This document shows positions 19,418-29,625 of a stretch of DNA of 64,000 nucleotides, in pieces. This stretch comes from Planctomycetota bacterium (GTDB lineage Bacteria > Planctomycetota > B15-G4). Below the pieces are notes generated by a model, which worked only from the letters and a program-made list of their open reading frames with translations, made no database searches and was not told where the DNA came from. Made by a program: the position numbers and the translations under genes. Numbering within the stretch: the first letter of the stretch is position 1; each line of letters begins with the position of its first letter. The stretch covers positions 2,656,001-2,720,000 of the forward strand of contig CBDFJQ010000002.1 in the NCBI GenBank assembly GCA_965248575.1. Reading direction: 5' to 3'.

Positions 19418-22405
19418 ATGAGCATGAGATCGACGACCCGCCCGAAGCACCGCCGCGGCAGCCCGCTCCCGCTCGTGGTCTTCCTGATGCTGCTCGCCGG
19501 CGTCGTCGTCTTTCGGGAGCGCTTGCTCGCGCCGTTCCAGAAGCAGGATCAGCCAGACATACGGGAACAGTCGTCGGATGATGAAGGACTGGTGAAGGGG
19601 GAGGGCCTGAACGAGAGCGATTCCACGGAGAACCTGGGGACGAGCGCATCGCTCACCGACGGTCGGACGCCCGACCTCGACTCAGAGGCTGTCGACCTCT
19701 CCGAAGCGGGCATCATCCAGGAGGCAGCACTGGGTTCTGACGCGCTCACATCCCGCGACGTCCCAGCAGAAACTGGCCAGGCAGCACTGACGTCAGCCCT
19801 GGCGTCGAGCCCCCGCGCGCCCAACACCGTCGACAGTGGCCGCACCCGCACCGGGTTGCGCAGCTTCAGCCTGAATCCGGCCGCCCCCGTCTTGTTGGAT
19901 CAGGAGCAGGTGCAGCAGCCGAAGCAAGAGCAGGGCAGCTCCGAGCAGCGGGCCTTCGAAACGGCCCCCACGAACACCGCGGCCCTCAACTCCCTGATCA
20001 GCAGCCTGCTCGAGGAGGGTCGCAAGGATGAGGCTCTGGAAGCTCTCACGTGGTTCACCGAGATGGGCGGTGCAGGTGAGAAGGCCGACGCCTGGCGCGT
20101 GCAGCTTGACCCCTTCGGCCATGCCCGAGCGACCTTGATGCTGGAAGCGGCAGGCAGCCTCATGGACCTGGCCGCCCTCTGCGAAGAGAAGCGCTTCTGG
20201 ATCACCGAAGCGGCGCTGCTCGATGCGGCCAGCGGCCTGGCCAAGCGCGTCGCCAACGACGTCACCTCCTCCGCGGCCGCGCCCTTCGAAACGATTCTGG
20301 AGCAGGCGGGTGAGCGGCGCGCCCAACTCGCCGGGCGCAGCGATGCGGTCAAGGCGCTGGCCGCCTATGGTGCGCCCCTGCCACCCGATGCCGACGTACG
20401 TTCACGCCTCAGGCGCCTCGCCGCCGACCAACGGGACGCCCGTGCGGAAGCCAGCGGCGAGCTGCACGAGGTGGAGACGCGGCACGTCCGCGTCCTGACG
20501 CCCCTGGGTTCGCTGGTGGCGCAACGGGCCGCGGACGTCGTGGAGTCCGTGTACGCCGAGTTGAGCAATCGCTGGAACAGCTCGCCTTGGCGCGGGCGGG
20601 ATCGCCTGGTGGTCGAAGTGCTGGGAATCGAAAGCACCTACGCCTCCCGGCGCCAGGCCGCCACGCCGCCCGTGGCGGATTGGGTCGACGCCTTCCTCAC
20701 CGAGAAGGGGAGCGGGGACGGTACCGGGGACGGAAACCGGCACCTGGTGGTGCTCGACCCGCGAACCCGCGGCGCACCTCTCGACGAACTCTGGGGGCTG
20801 CTGGCCAGGGAGAGCGCCCGACGCATGCTCTGGGATCAGGCCGAAGACGATTCGGCGCGCGCCCTTCCGCTCTGGTTGGAAGAAGCCCTGGTCATCGAGG
20901 CGGAAGGCACGCGCCTCCTGGCCGACGGCAGCCTCGTCTTTGGCGAAGCGCCGGAGAGCCGGCTGCAACAGGTGAGCGCGTCCTTGGCGGGACAGGGGCC
21001 GCGCCCGATCCCCCTGGGCAGCGTGTTGGTGCAACTGCAGGGCAACCGCTACGCCCCCACCTGGGCCTGGTCCCTCGCGCGCTTCTTGCGCGAAGCCCGC
21101 AATGAAGACGGCGCCCTGCGCTGGCGCGATCACTACGACGACCTGCTCGAGGCGCCCGGGGCCGACGAACCGCTGCTAGCCTTCCAGAAGGTCATGCTGA
21201 GCCGCAAGAGCAAGCGGGGCGACACACCCAACCCCGACAACCTGGGCGTTCTCGAACTCGAGTGGCGTGAGTGGGACGGCGAACAGATGGCTCTGCGCAC
21301 AGGCGACAAGCAAGCCATCACCAAGGGTTTGCTGGATGCGCGCCACGCCTATGGTCGGCGGGACTGGGACGAGTGTCGCAGCCTGCTGCGCCGCCTCGTG
21401 TCCGTGCGCCCAAGCCACCCCGAAGTGCTCAAGCTGAGCGTCGACTTGGCCGAGCGCACGAATCGCATCGACGAGGCGTTGCTCGCGGCTTGGAACCTGG
21501 CCGCCCTGCGCCAACCCTCCTGGGATTGGAACCTCGCCGCAGGCACGGAACCCCAACCTGCGATGCTTGCTGAACAGAGTGCGCGCATCCGCTACGCCGA
21601 GACCATCGAGGTGCAGGCCGCCCTGGGCGCCGCCCTCGCCGCGCACGACGAGTCCGTGCGTCAAGCCGTGCTGCCGCTCGTCGATGACATGCTCGAACAG
21701 GGTTTCCCCCGGGCGGCGGTACGCCTGCTCGACGCCTGCTTGAGCATGCAGCCCCTGGACGCGGGCTACCTCTCCATCCGGGACGAGATCCTCAACGGCG
21801 CCCTGGGCCTCAACGACCTGATCATGAACCAGCGCCTGCAGCCGGGCCCCAAACTCCTGGGGCTGTCCGGCGACCGCGACCTCTTCCAACCGGAAGAAGG
21901 CGGCAGCCGCCTCGTGGTGCGCGCCGGCGACCGGGTCTCCCCCGCCAGCCTGCGCGGCCTGGCCCTGCTCGAGCCCCCCTACCGCGTGTCGCTCCAACTG
22001 GAGTTCCAGAAGGACAGCGAAGGGCGCATCACCGACGACGGCACACGCTTCGCGGGCCTGCTCTTCGGCGCACCGGAGCACAGCGACTGGGGTGACTGGG
22101 GCGTCTTCGCCACGCCCGCCGGCAGCATCGAGATCGCCACCCCCGGCCGCCTCGAATGGCCCAGCCGCTCCATCGGTCGCGGCATCCGCGGTCGGCTTGA
22201 GCTGGAGGTGCGGGTGGAAGGCCAACGGCTCGAGATCCTCTCCGACGGGCGCAGCCTCAGCGTGCTCAAGCTGGGCGAACGCACGGCCCCAGGCTGGCTG
22301 GGCCTGTTCGTGCGCCACGCGGACGTGGACCTGTTGGGGCTGACGGTGTCCCGCAGCCGCCGGCCGGATCCGCGGGCCCTGTGGTGGACGAGCGGGGGTG
22401 GGTGA
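19418..22405 (+). CDS. Large membrane-anchored hypothetical protein (degenerate gluzincin/DUF1570-like, TPR-like and C-terminal beta domain)
   Basis: N-terminal TM segment; LARESARR...LPLWLEEAL and WAWSLARFL resemble peptidase-MA-like domains; 995-codon ORF with host-like codon usage. Confidence 0.6.
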   Translation: MSMRSTTRPKHRRGSPLPLVVFLMLLAGVVVFRERLLAPFQKQDQPDIREQSSDDEGLVKGEGLNESDSTENLGTSASLTDGRTPDLDSEAVDLSEAGIIQEAALGSDALTSRDVPAETGQAALTSALASSPRAPNTVDSGRTRTGLRSFSLNPAAPVLLDQEQVQQPKQEQGSSEQRAFETAPTNTAALNSLISSLLEEGRKDEALEALTWFTEMGGAGEKADAWRVQLDPFGHARATLMLEAAGSLMDLAALCEEKRFWITEAALLDAASGLAKRVANDVTSSAAAPFETILEQAGERRAQLAGRSDAVKALAAYGAPLPPDADVRSRLRRLAADQRDARAEASGELHEVETRHVRVLTPLGSLVAQRAADVVESVYAELSNRWNSSPWRGRDRLVVEVLGIESTYASRRQAATPPVADWVDAFLTEKGSGDGTGDGNRHLVVLDPRTRGAPLDELWGLLARESARRMLWDQAEDDSARALPLWLEEALVIEAEGTRLLADGSLVFGEAPESRLQQVSASLAGQGPRPIPLGSVLVQLQGNRYAPTWAWSLARFLREARNEDGALRWRDHYDDLLEAPGADEPLLAFQKVMLSRKSKRGDTPNPDNLGVLELEWREWDGEQMALRTGDKQAITKGLLDARHAYGRRDWDECRSLLRRLVSVRPSHPEVLKLSVDLAERTNRIDEALLAAWNLAALRQPSWDWNLAAGTEPQPAMLAEQSARIRYAETIEVQAALGAALAAHDESVRQAVLPLVDDMLEQGFPRAAVRLLDACLSMQPLDAGYLSIRDEILNGALGLNDLIMNQRLQPGPKLLGLSGDRDLFQPEEGGSRLVVRAGDRVSPASLRGLALLEPPYRVSLQLEFQKDSEGRITDDGTRFAGLLFGAPEHSDWGDWGVFATPAGSIEIATPGRLEWPSRSIGRGIRGRLELEVRVEGQRLEILSDGRSLSVLKLGERTAPGWLGLFVRHADVDLLGLTVSRSRRPDPRALWWTSGGG

Positions 22406-22468
22406 GGGGGGTTCCCGGCGGAAATACAAGCGGGTGCCGGCCGATCTGATTCCCTCGCAGCTACACCG

Positions 22469-22497
22469 TTGCGCCGACGACCCTTCGTGGCGATCAT
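22469..22497 (+). promoter_or_regulatory. Candidate promoter of tRNA-Gly
   Basis: TTGCGC-17 bp-GATCAT about 40 bp upstream of the tRNA. Confidence 0.35.
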
Positions 22498-22536
22498 CTC
22501 CTCTCTCAAGGAGCCGCAAGGCTCGCGCGAGCGAGA

Positions 22537-22611
22537 GCGGGTGTAACTCAGGGGTAGAGTATCAGCTTCCCAAGCTGGTTGTCGCCGGTTCGAATCCGGT
22601 CACCCGCTCCA
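22537..22611 (+). tRNA. tRNA-Gly (CCC), integration target
   Basis: GCGGGTGTAACTCAGGGGTAGAGTATCAGCTTCCCAAGCTGGTTGTCGCCGGTTCGAATCCGGTCACCCGCTCCA; CCC anticodon, encoded CCA. Confidence 0.95.
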
Positions 22612-22922
22612 TTTTTCGCGGCTGAAACGTGCATTTGGCAGGGTCGCTGTTCCTGGTCTGGAACGAATTTGGAACGCGGTGATCCGTCGGCGAGGTCGAC
22701 GGGCGACGTAGATCCTGACGCTGCGCATGCGCGGCCAGCTCGCTGGGCATGAGCCGCGTCATGAACGCGCACGCGGTATCCCACATCACGAGCGCGCGCG
22801 CCTGACTGCGACCGCCCGTCCTACAGAGGTCCGCAGCAGCTCGGCACGTCCGGAGGCACCGGGCCGGGACGTCGATGTTCTCCTGGAGTTCCCCTTCGGG
22901 GAGCGGATCGGCGCCGTCCCGC

Positions 22923-24554
22923 TCAGCGGACCGGAGCGATGATTCGCAAGCGGCGCTCACCCGAAGCGGGCGGTCTACCCAAGAGGATGGCCGCGGGAGT
23001 CGATCGATGGACGGCCCACCCGGATCGGCGGGCCTGCCGGGCGGCGGCCTGGAGCTGATCGGGCGACCACAGCTGGGAGGACTCGTCCCAGGCGTAGACG
23101 GCGTGCAGGTTGATCATCGTGAGCTGGGCGGTCTCGGGGTCGGCGCTGGCCCCGCCGAGGATGTTGAGCATCTGATCGGGCGGGGCATACACGACCTCGA
23201 CGTTCTTCACCCCCCGCTCCTTCAAGGTGAGCAGCAGGGGGATCGAGTGCCCTCGGATCAGCGAGTTCACGAGCACCCGGTGATGGGCGTCGTCGGCGAC
23301 CACGAGGGTCTCGGCCACGGCGGAGTGATCGTCCACCCAGCGTTGGTTGTTGACGATCGTCGAAACCATGGCGGATGCGAGCAGCGAAGCCAGGACGACG
23401 AGGCCGGTCAGTCGGGCGCGGGCGTGCGGGAGGCTGAGCCAGACACGCAGCACGAGCAGCAGGAGGAACGGGAAGAGCAGGAAGCTCGTCTTGCTGATGA
23501 TCAGGGTCCGGGTCCCGTGCAGCAGGTCGCCGACCAGGATCAGCGCGGGATAGATGGGCGCTGTGCGCATCAGCAGCGCGGCGACCGGGTCGTCCATGGA
23601 TTGGTCGCGCTGCCGCCGGAAGCGGAACAACAAGAAGAGCGTGATCAGTCCGAGCGCGGTGAGGGCCAGCCAGTGCAAGCGCCCGCCGACACCGCCGAGC
23701 CCCTCGCCGAGAAAGAACGAGAGCAGCAACTGACTCGCGCGAGCCGCCGCATCCGAAAGGACGGGGCCGTGGAAGTACGACGGGACATCACCGGTGAGCT
23801 GCAGATGGCCCATGAGGGTCGGGATCCACGGTGCGAACCCGCCCGCGATCACCACGAAGACGACCGCCAGGCTGACGAGCTGCCGCGCTCGTCCTTCGGG
23901 GCTGCGCAGCGCCACCACACCGAGGAAGATGGCCTGCCAGAGCAACACGAACCCGTAGTGATAGAGGCTGTACAAGCCGACGAGCGAGAGCACGACGAAC
24001 AGCACGCGAGGCCTGACCCGGCGTGGCGCGTCGGCCATCGCGAGGGCCGCCAGCGTCGACCAGATGCCCACCGCCATGATCATCGCGTAGGGCCGCGCGA
24101 ACGTCATGATCGTGACGAACCATGGCGAGAGCGCTGCGAGCAGGATGATCCACAGGCCGACAAGGGGACTCGGCACGAGTCGACGCCCGAGGCGCGCGAG
24201 ACCCAGAAGCGTCGCGAGACCGAACACGAGGCTCGGGATGCGCAAGGCGACTCGGTGCGTTCCGACCAGTTCGGTCCACCCGTTGAGCAACAGGTAGTAC
24301 CCCGGCGGGCTGGGGTTCTTGAACCGGCCGGAGAGTTCTCTCACGACCTCCCTGGCCGTGCGAGGTCTCGTCCCATCGATGGCTGAATAGAGCTCCCGGA
24401 TGGGGATGGGGCCATAGGGCTCGGGGTCGAGGGACCCCACGGCGATGTCGACGGAGACACCCTCGTCGTGGGCCAGGCCGAGGAAGAGCCCGTTCGCCAT
24501 GGCGGCGCCCAGGTACACCAGGACGGCCGCGAGCATGGCGAGTCGGTGTGACAT
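22923..24554 (-). CDS. GT-C membrane glycosyltransferase (GT39/PMT/ArnT-like)
   Basis: LAHDE after the first TM helix, PPGYYLLL, ALRIPS, ARPYA, multiple TM helices; ATG at 24554. Confidence 0.75.
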   Translation of the reverse strand: MSHRLAMLAAVLVYLGAAMANGLFLGLAHDEGVSVDIAVGSLDPEPYGPIPIRELYSAIDGTRPRTAREVVRELSGRFKNPSPPGYYLLLNGWTELVGTHRVALRIPSLVFGLATLLGLARLGRRLVPSPLVGLWIILLAALSPWFVTIMTFARPYAMIMAVGIWSTLAALAMADAPRRVRPRVLFVVLSLVGLYSLYHYGFVLLWQAIFLGVVALRSPEGRARQLVSLAVVFVVIAGGFAPWIPTLMGHLQLTGDVPSYFHGPVLSDAAARASQLLLSFFLGEGLGGVGGRLHWLALTALGLITLFLLFRFRRQRDQSMDDPVAALLMRTAPIYPALILVGDLLHGTRTLIISKTSFLLFPFLLLLVLRVWLSLPHARARLTGLVVLASLLASAMVSTIVNNQRWVDDHSAVAETLVVADDAHHRVLVNSLIRGHSIPLLLTLKERGVKNVEVVYAPPDQMLNILGGASADPETAQLTMINLHAVYAWDESSQLWSPDQLQAAARQARRSGWAVHRSTPAAILLGRPPASGERRLRIIAPVR

Positions 24555-24810
24555 GTGCGGGCCCGGACGACGGAAGGAGTCGGGCGATTCGACCACGCCA
24601 CGGGGGTGCCCCGACCCCAGCGGTAGTGTCGCCCATGCGAGCTCACCATAGTATCCTTGACGGGATGTGGTCGGTTCGCCGTTATTTCTCGAGTGCACGC
24701 TTCTCTCCGAACCGATGCGCACACACAGCGCTTGGGGGTAGGCTCCGCGTGGCCATTCGCGACGAGCTCGACCTCCACGACCAGGCCACCGCTCCCGCCT
24801 TGGAAAGCTC

Positions 24811-25548
24811 ATGAAGAACACGATCCAGAACAACCTGAAGATGTGGAACGAGCGCCACACGTGGACCAGGGATGGCGACGAGTGGGATGGGCAGGCGAGT
24901 TTCCACAAACAGAGTTACGACGACTGGAAGCGTTCCGTCATTGAGGTGTTTCTCCATCCGCACCTCAGCGATCAGACCACGGCCGTCGAGATCGCCCCGG
25001 GCCACGGCCGGTGGACGGAGACCCTCGCGGAGCGTTGCGGGCAGCTCTATCTGGTCGATTTGAGCCCGAGCTGCATCGACCATTGTCGGAATCGATTCGC
25101 CGCTCACCAGCAGGTCACCTATGTGGTGAATGACGGAACGTCTCTGCCGGGACTGCCGGATGCTGGCGTCGACTTCATCTGGTCGTTCGACTCGTTCGTC
25201 CACATGGACCCCAAGGTGATCGACGCCTACATGGCCGAGATCTACCGGGTGCTGCGACCCGGTGGTCGCGCGATCCTGCACCACGCCGGTCGACGCCACG
25301 CCACGCTCGGACTCGGCTTCCTCCGGAACTGGGGGAAGATCGGCCGAAGACTCTACAAGCTGATCTCGCTGCGGATCTGGAACGACGACGACGGCTGGAG
25401 ATCCGAGGTCTCGAAGCAGGTCGTGCAGGATCTGGCCGACAAGAACCAGCTCGCCGTGGAATCCCAGGTCCAGTCCTGGGGAGTGAACGGGGAGTTCGGG
25501 GTCCTGCGCTACGGCGACTACCTCACCACGCTCAGCAAGCGGGGCTGA
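24811..25548 (+). CDS. Class I SAM-dependent methyltransferase
   Basis: VEIAPGHGRWT, LVDLS, VDFIWSFDSFVHM, RVLRPGG. Confidence 0.85.
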   Translation: MKNTIQNNLKMWNERHTWTRDGDEWDGQASFHKQSYDDWKRSVIEVFLHPHLSDQTTAVEIAPGHGRWTETLAERCGQLYLVDLSPSCIDHCRNRFAAHQQVTYVVNDGTSLPGLPDAGVDFIWSFDSFVHMDPKVIDAYMAEIYRVLRPGGRAILHHAGRRHATLGLGFLRNWGKIGRRLYKLISLRIWNDDDGWRSEVSKQVVQDLADKNQLAVESQVQSWGVNGEFGVLRYGDYLTTLSKRG

Positions 25549-25563
25549 GCACGCAGCCAGGCC

Positions 25564-26088
25564 ATGACACGCCACCGGCTCATCCCTCGTATCCCGCTGC
25601 TGCTCGCCCTGCTGGGCTCCAGCCTGTTGGCCTTCTCCTGTGGTGTACCTTCCGTCGATGACGCCATCGCCGATCAAATGGCGGCCTTCAAGTTCGGTGC
25701 CTATGAACACGTCGTGGAGAGAGCTCCGGCACTCGTGCAGCGCTGCAAGAGCGAAGGCGCCAGCGAGGAGAAGGCCTGGAAGGTGGAGAAGTTTCGTGTG
25801 CTCGCGTTGGGCAAGCTGGGCAAGGGTGAGGAGGTCTCCGAAGAGCTGATCCGTCTGGAAAGTGCATTCGGCGACCAGGTGACGCCGGGGCTCTACGGAA
25901 GAGTGGGTGGATACCTCACCGACTCCGGCAGCTACCTGGAAGCCATCACCGTCCTCGATGCCGGCACCAAGAAGTTTCCTGACGAGAGCGCGCTCTTCAG
26001 GCCCTTCATCAAGAGGTGCAAGAAGCGCGCCACGAGTGCGGGTGACAGCGCCGCCATCAAGAAGCTCGAGAGCCTCGGCTACCTGTAG
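25564..26088 (+). CDS. Hypothetical lipoprotein-like helical protein
   Basis: Signal peptide ending LAFSC; TPR-like helices; C-terminal LESLGYL. Confidence 0.6.
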   Translation: MTRHRLIPRIPLLLALLGSSLLAFSCGVPSVDDAIADQMAAFKFGAYEHVVERAPALVQRCKSEGASEEKAWKVEKFRVLALGKLGKGEEVSEELIRLESAFGDQVTPGLYGRVGGYLTDSGSYLEAITVLDAGTKKFPDESALFRPFIKRCKKRATSAGDSAAIKKLESLGYL

Positions 26089-27391
26089 CCAGGGGCGGCT
26101 GCTGCAAGGACCAGCGGCCTCCCGGCCGAGCTGCGTGAGCCGAGAGCAACAGGAACAGCAAGACACCGAGCCAGATCAACGTCTGCAGGATGACGCTCAC
26201 GTTGTTCCAGGGAAAGGGAAGTGAGTACACCCCCCCAGGCGCCAGCAGGGAGGCGGACATCGTGGTGAGGAGGATTCCCGCGGCCAGACGGAATCGCGGC
26301 CCGGGGGAGCCCTCCCCCTTGAAGATCCGGTACAGCGCGATGAGCGGCAGCAGCAGGATGACATCGTCGTACCAGCCGTGATACATGCCGAAGCGGGCGA
26401 CGAGCGCGCTCACGCCGATCAGGATCCAGATCGGCCCCTTCCGGTAGAGCCAGACCCAGAGGCCGAGCGCGCCGAGCACCAACAGGGTGGCCGGAAAAAT
26501 CAGGTCCACGTGGCGGAAGTACGAGAGGACGCTGTGCAGATTGATGCTGGTGATCTGCAGTGACTCATGTTCGGAGTACTGCGCAGGCTTGATGGAGCCT
26601 TCTCCGAATCGGGACCCGTAGATCGCACCGATGCGACCACGCCCCAGCCAGAGTCGCATCAACTCGATCGGCCCCCGACTCTGGAAGAGGGAAGCGCCAA
26701 AGGTCATGAGGGCGTAGCCAACGCAGATCATCAACGACGGGCGGAGGCTTCCCGCGGCGAACGCCACGATCCAGAAGAAGTACGCGGTGATCGACGGTTT
26801 GACCAGCGCGATCAGGAACAGGGCGCTGATCCAGGCGGTCCGGCCGAGGGAGCGGTGCCGCTCGGCGACGAGTGGCAGTGCCGCCAGGAGGCAGAGCACG
26901 ACCACCAATCCCGTCTGGCCGTTGCCGACGGTGGCCCCGACCGGATAGGCCGCGAGCATGACGAGGGCCAGAAGCAGTTTTTCCTTTCGCGATGTGGCTC
27001 CACTGCTGCGGACGAAGAGAACAACCAGCGCGCAGAGAGTCAGCAGCGTGAAGAACCCCCAGGACCAGCGGACTGCCGACAGGCTGAGCGCTCCGAGCAA
27101 CGGCGAGAGCATCAGATAGCTGGCCGGGGGATAGACGGCGTCCGACGCCGCCTCGCCATAGATGTCGAAGCCCGCAAACCACCACGAGACTTCGCTCCAG
27201 CGAAGCCTGAGGTCGACCGCCCCGTTGCCGAGGCGGGAACTCAGCACAAGCCGCCAGAATTGGTAGGACAGCCAGATCGCAGCAACCGTGCCGAGCACCA
27301 CGATGATCCCGCCAAGGATGCGTCGCCGGTGTTGCTCCCAGAACGCACGTGTACGTTCCGCGAAAGTCGAGGATCCGTCGAAGAGAGTCAT
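26057..27391 (-). CDS. GT-C membrane glycosyltransferase (GT87/DUF2029-like)
   Basis: VYPPASYL, GNGQ, LVKP, WYDDVILLLP motifs; polytopic membrane protein. Confidence 0.75.
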   Translation of the reverse strand: MTLFDGSSTFAERTRAFWEQHRRRILGGIIVVLGTVAAIWLSYQFWRLVLSSRLGNGAVDLRLRWSEVSWWFAGFDIYGEAASDAVYPPASYLMLSPLLGALSLSAVRWSWGFFTLLTLCALVVLFVRSSGATSRKEKLLLALVMLAAYPVGATVGNGQTGLVVVLCLLAALPLVAERHRSLGRTAWISALFLIALVKPSITAYFFWIVAFAAGSLRPSLMICVGYALMTFGASLFQSRGPIELMRLWLGRGRIGAIYGSRFGEGSIKPAQYSEHESLQITSINLHSVLSYFRHVDLIFPATLLVLGALGLWVWLYRKGPIWILIGVSALVARFGMYHGWYDDVILLLPLIALYRIFKGEGSPGPRFRLAAGILLTTMSASLLAPGGVYSLPFPWNNVSVILQTLIWLGVLLFLLLSAHAARPGGRWSLQQPPLATGSRGSRAS

Positions 27392-27840
27392 CGTGACGAA
27401 GTGGTGGATCTTGGTGTTGTCGTGAGTGCCGGTAGGGAGGAACCGGTTCTAGTCGGGGGGCGAGTCGTGGGCCCGCAGCTGCGCGCAGAGAGCGAACGAC
27501 ACTGGTGCGCACCGCGAACTGACGTGCGGAAGAGCGTAGCACTCGGAAGACAGCTTGATGGCGACGAGACACCGATCGGAGGAGTGTCGGGGGCCCCCTT
27601 CGTGCTGGCGGAAGAGATCGCCAAGGAGCGCAAGGGCAAGGCCAGCCCCGAGGACTGGAGGCACCCCGGCACCCCTCATGCACGCATCACGCAGATGAGA
27701 CGTGGGCCGGGAAGACGGAACCAGGAGGCTGGCAAGAGCTCCGCGCCAGAGGTCCAGGCCGGAGAGTACGATGAACAGGAGCCGCAGGACGATCAGCCCC
27801 GAGCATGACGGAAGACGCCGGCTGAGGATCGGCGGCCGTG

Positions 27841-28542
27841 ATGAATGCGAGGAGTGAAAGAAGACGGATGTTGAGGAAGCTCAAGAAGGTCATTCGGTCG
27901 GTCATCGACCAGAACAGGGCATGGAAGCCAGAGGGAGACGAGGGGATCAAGGAGCTAGGTCATCGCGCATACGTTGGCGGGAAGTGGGAAGAACTCGGCA
28001 AGCTGCAGTTCGACTTCATCGTAAGCCGGGGCCTGGAACCCTCTCACTGCCTCCTTGATATCGCTTGCGGTTCATTGCGTGGAGGAAATCACTTCGTCCA
28101 TTACCTGGATGCGGGCAACTACCTGGGGATCGACAAGGAAAGCATGTTGATAGACGCGGGAGTGAAGAATGAGCTCGGAGAAGAGACGCTTGAAGAGAAG
28201 CGCCCGGAGTTTGTCGTGTCCGACGACTTCGGCTTCGCCGCCTTCAGCAAGAAGCCTCACTTCTCGTTGGCTCAGTCCCTGTTTACTCACCTGAATCCGA
28301 CGGACATCTGTTTGTGCTTGAAGAATCTCAAGGAGTTCGTGGAAACGGGCCATGTCTTCTTCGCGACCTACTCCGAGGGTCGCTCGTCGGCCAACACAAG
28401 AGACTCCCACAGCCATGCGAGCTTCAGCTACACACGCGGTGAGATGGAGGTGTTCGGCGCAGACAACGGTTGGTCGGCCACCCATATCGGTGATTGGGGG
28501 CACCCCAGGCAGCAGTTCATGATGAAGTATGAAGTCGTCTAG
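27841..28542 (+). CDS. Class I SAM-dependent methyltransferase
   Basis: HRAYVGGKWEELGKLQF, LLDIACGSLRGG, YLGID, AQSLFTHL; start may be 27868; visibly lower GC than flanks. Confidence 0.8.
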   Translation: MNARSERRRMLRKLKKVIRSVIDQNRAWKPEGDEGIKELGHRAYVGGKWEELGKLQFDFIVSRGLEPSHCLLDIACGSLRGGNHFVHYLDAGNYLGIDKESMLIDAGVKNELGEETLEEKRPEFVVSDDFGFAAFSKKPHFSLAQSLFTHLNPTDICLCLKNLKEFVETGHVFFATYSEGRSSANTRDSHSHASFSYTRGEMEVFGADNGWSATHIGDWGHPRQQFMMKYEVV

Positions 28543-28604
28543 AATGAGAATCTCTCGACCAGGCACCTGGTCGAGGCTTGCCCCCAACCGCAAGACCACG
28601 CGCA

Positions 28605-29465
28605 ATGCCCAAGGCCGACATCCATCCCAGACCCTGGTCGGTCCGCCTGTGCCAGCCCTATAGGAGGCTCACTGCCGGGTCGCGTGCGCTGCCCGACTAC
28701 ATCGTGTTGGGCGCGCAGAAGGCAGGGACGACGTCGCTGCACCGCTACCTCGAGGCGCACCCCAGCGTGCTGCCGTCCCTGGTCAAGGAGGTGCAGTACT
28801 TCTCGATGCAACACGACCGCGGAGAGGCCTGGTACCGGAGTCACTTCCCGACGAAGCGCGCCCTCGCCCGTGCCGCGGCCCGTCACGGTGGCACCGCCCT
28901 GACGGGTGAATCGAGCCCCTACTACCTCTTCCATCCGCTCGCGCCCGCCCGCGCGAGAGCGTGCGTCCCCGACGCCAGGTTGATCGTGCTCTTGCGCGAC
29001 CCTGCCGAGCGCGCCCACTCGCACTTCCACCACGCCATGAAGCACGGCCTCGAGGATGCGCCGAGCTTCTCAGAGGCACTCGACCGCGAGGGGGCGCGGC
29101 TCGCCGGCGAGAGCGACGAGTCGATCGCTGAGGGGACGGCCTTTCACCATCGCAACCACTCGTACGTGGCCCGCGGCGCCTATGCGACGCAGCTTCGCGC
29201 CTGGCTGAAGCACTATCCTCGCGATCAGGTCCTCGTTCTGAGCGCCGCGGAGCTCACCGAGAGGCCGGGGGTCGTCCTGCAGGAAGCGCTCCGATTTCTC
29301 GGGCTGCCTCCCTACGAGCTGCCCGAGTACGCCCGCCACAACCCGAGCGGGAAGTCACCGCTCGAGCCCAACCTGCGCGAGCGTCTCGCGCACACCTTTG
29401 CGACGAGCAACCAGGAGCTGTATCAGCTCGTCGGGCGCGACTTCGGCTGGGAGCGGGAGTCATGA
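28605..29465 (+). CDS. PAPS-dependent sulfotransferase (heparan sulfate sulfotransferase-like)
   Basis: 5'-PSB motif LPDYIVLGAQKAGTTSL, KEVQYF, GESSPYY, 3'-PB motif LRDPAERAHS. Confidence 0.9.
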   Translation: MPKADIHPRPWSVRLCQPYRRLTAGSRALPDYIVLGAQKAGTTSLHRYLEAHPSVLPSLVKEVQYFSMQHDRGEAWYRSHFPTKRALARAAARHGGTALTGESSPYYLFHPLAPARARACVPDARLIVLLRDPAERAHSHFHHAMKHGLEDAPSFSEALDREGARLAGESDESIAEGTAFHHRNHSYVARGAYATQLRAWLKHYPRDQVLVLSAAELTERPGVVLQEALRFLGLPPYELPEYARHNPSGKSPLEPNLRERLAHTFATSNQELYQLVGRDFGWERES

Positions 29466-29625
29466 GCGCAAACTCCCCCGGTCAACCACGCCGATCGGCC
29501 GCGATCAGACCGCCGGGGCCTTGGCGGATAGGAAGTCCAAAGCCCCCGGGTGCGGGGCGTTCCCAGGGTGCAGAGGCCCATCGTATCCCTTGCAAGTTGG
29601 AGGGCCTGTCCGGGTTCCGGGGCGG

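Noticed and set aside
27400..27830. Possible small membrane-protein gene between the GT87 and methyltransferase genes
   Set aside because: A hydrophobic stretch exists on the minus strand but has no clear start or family motif; cannot be supported.
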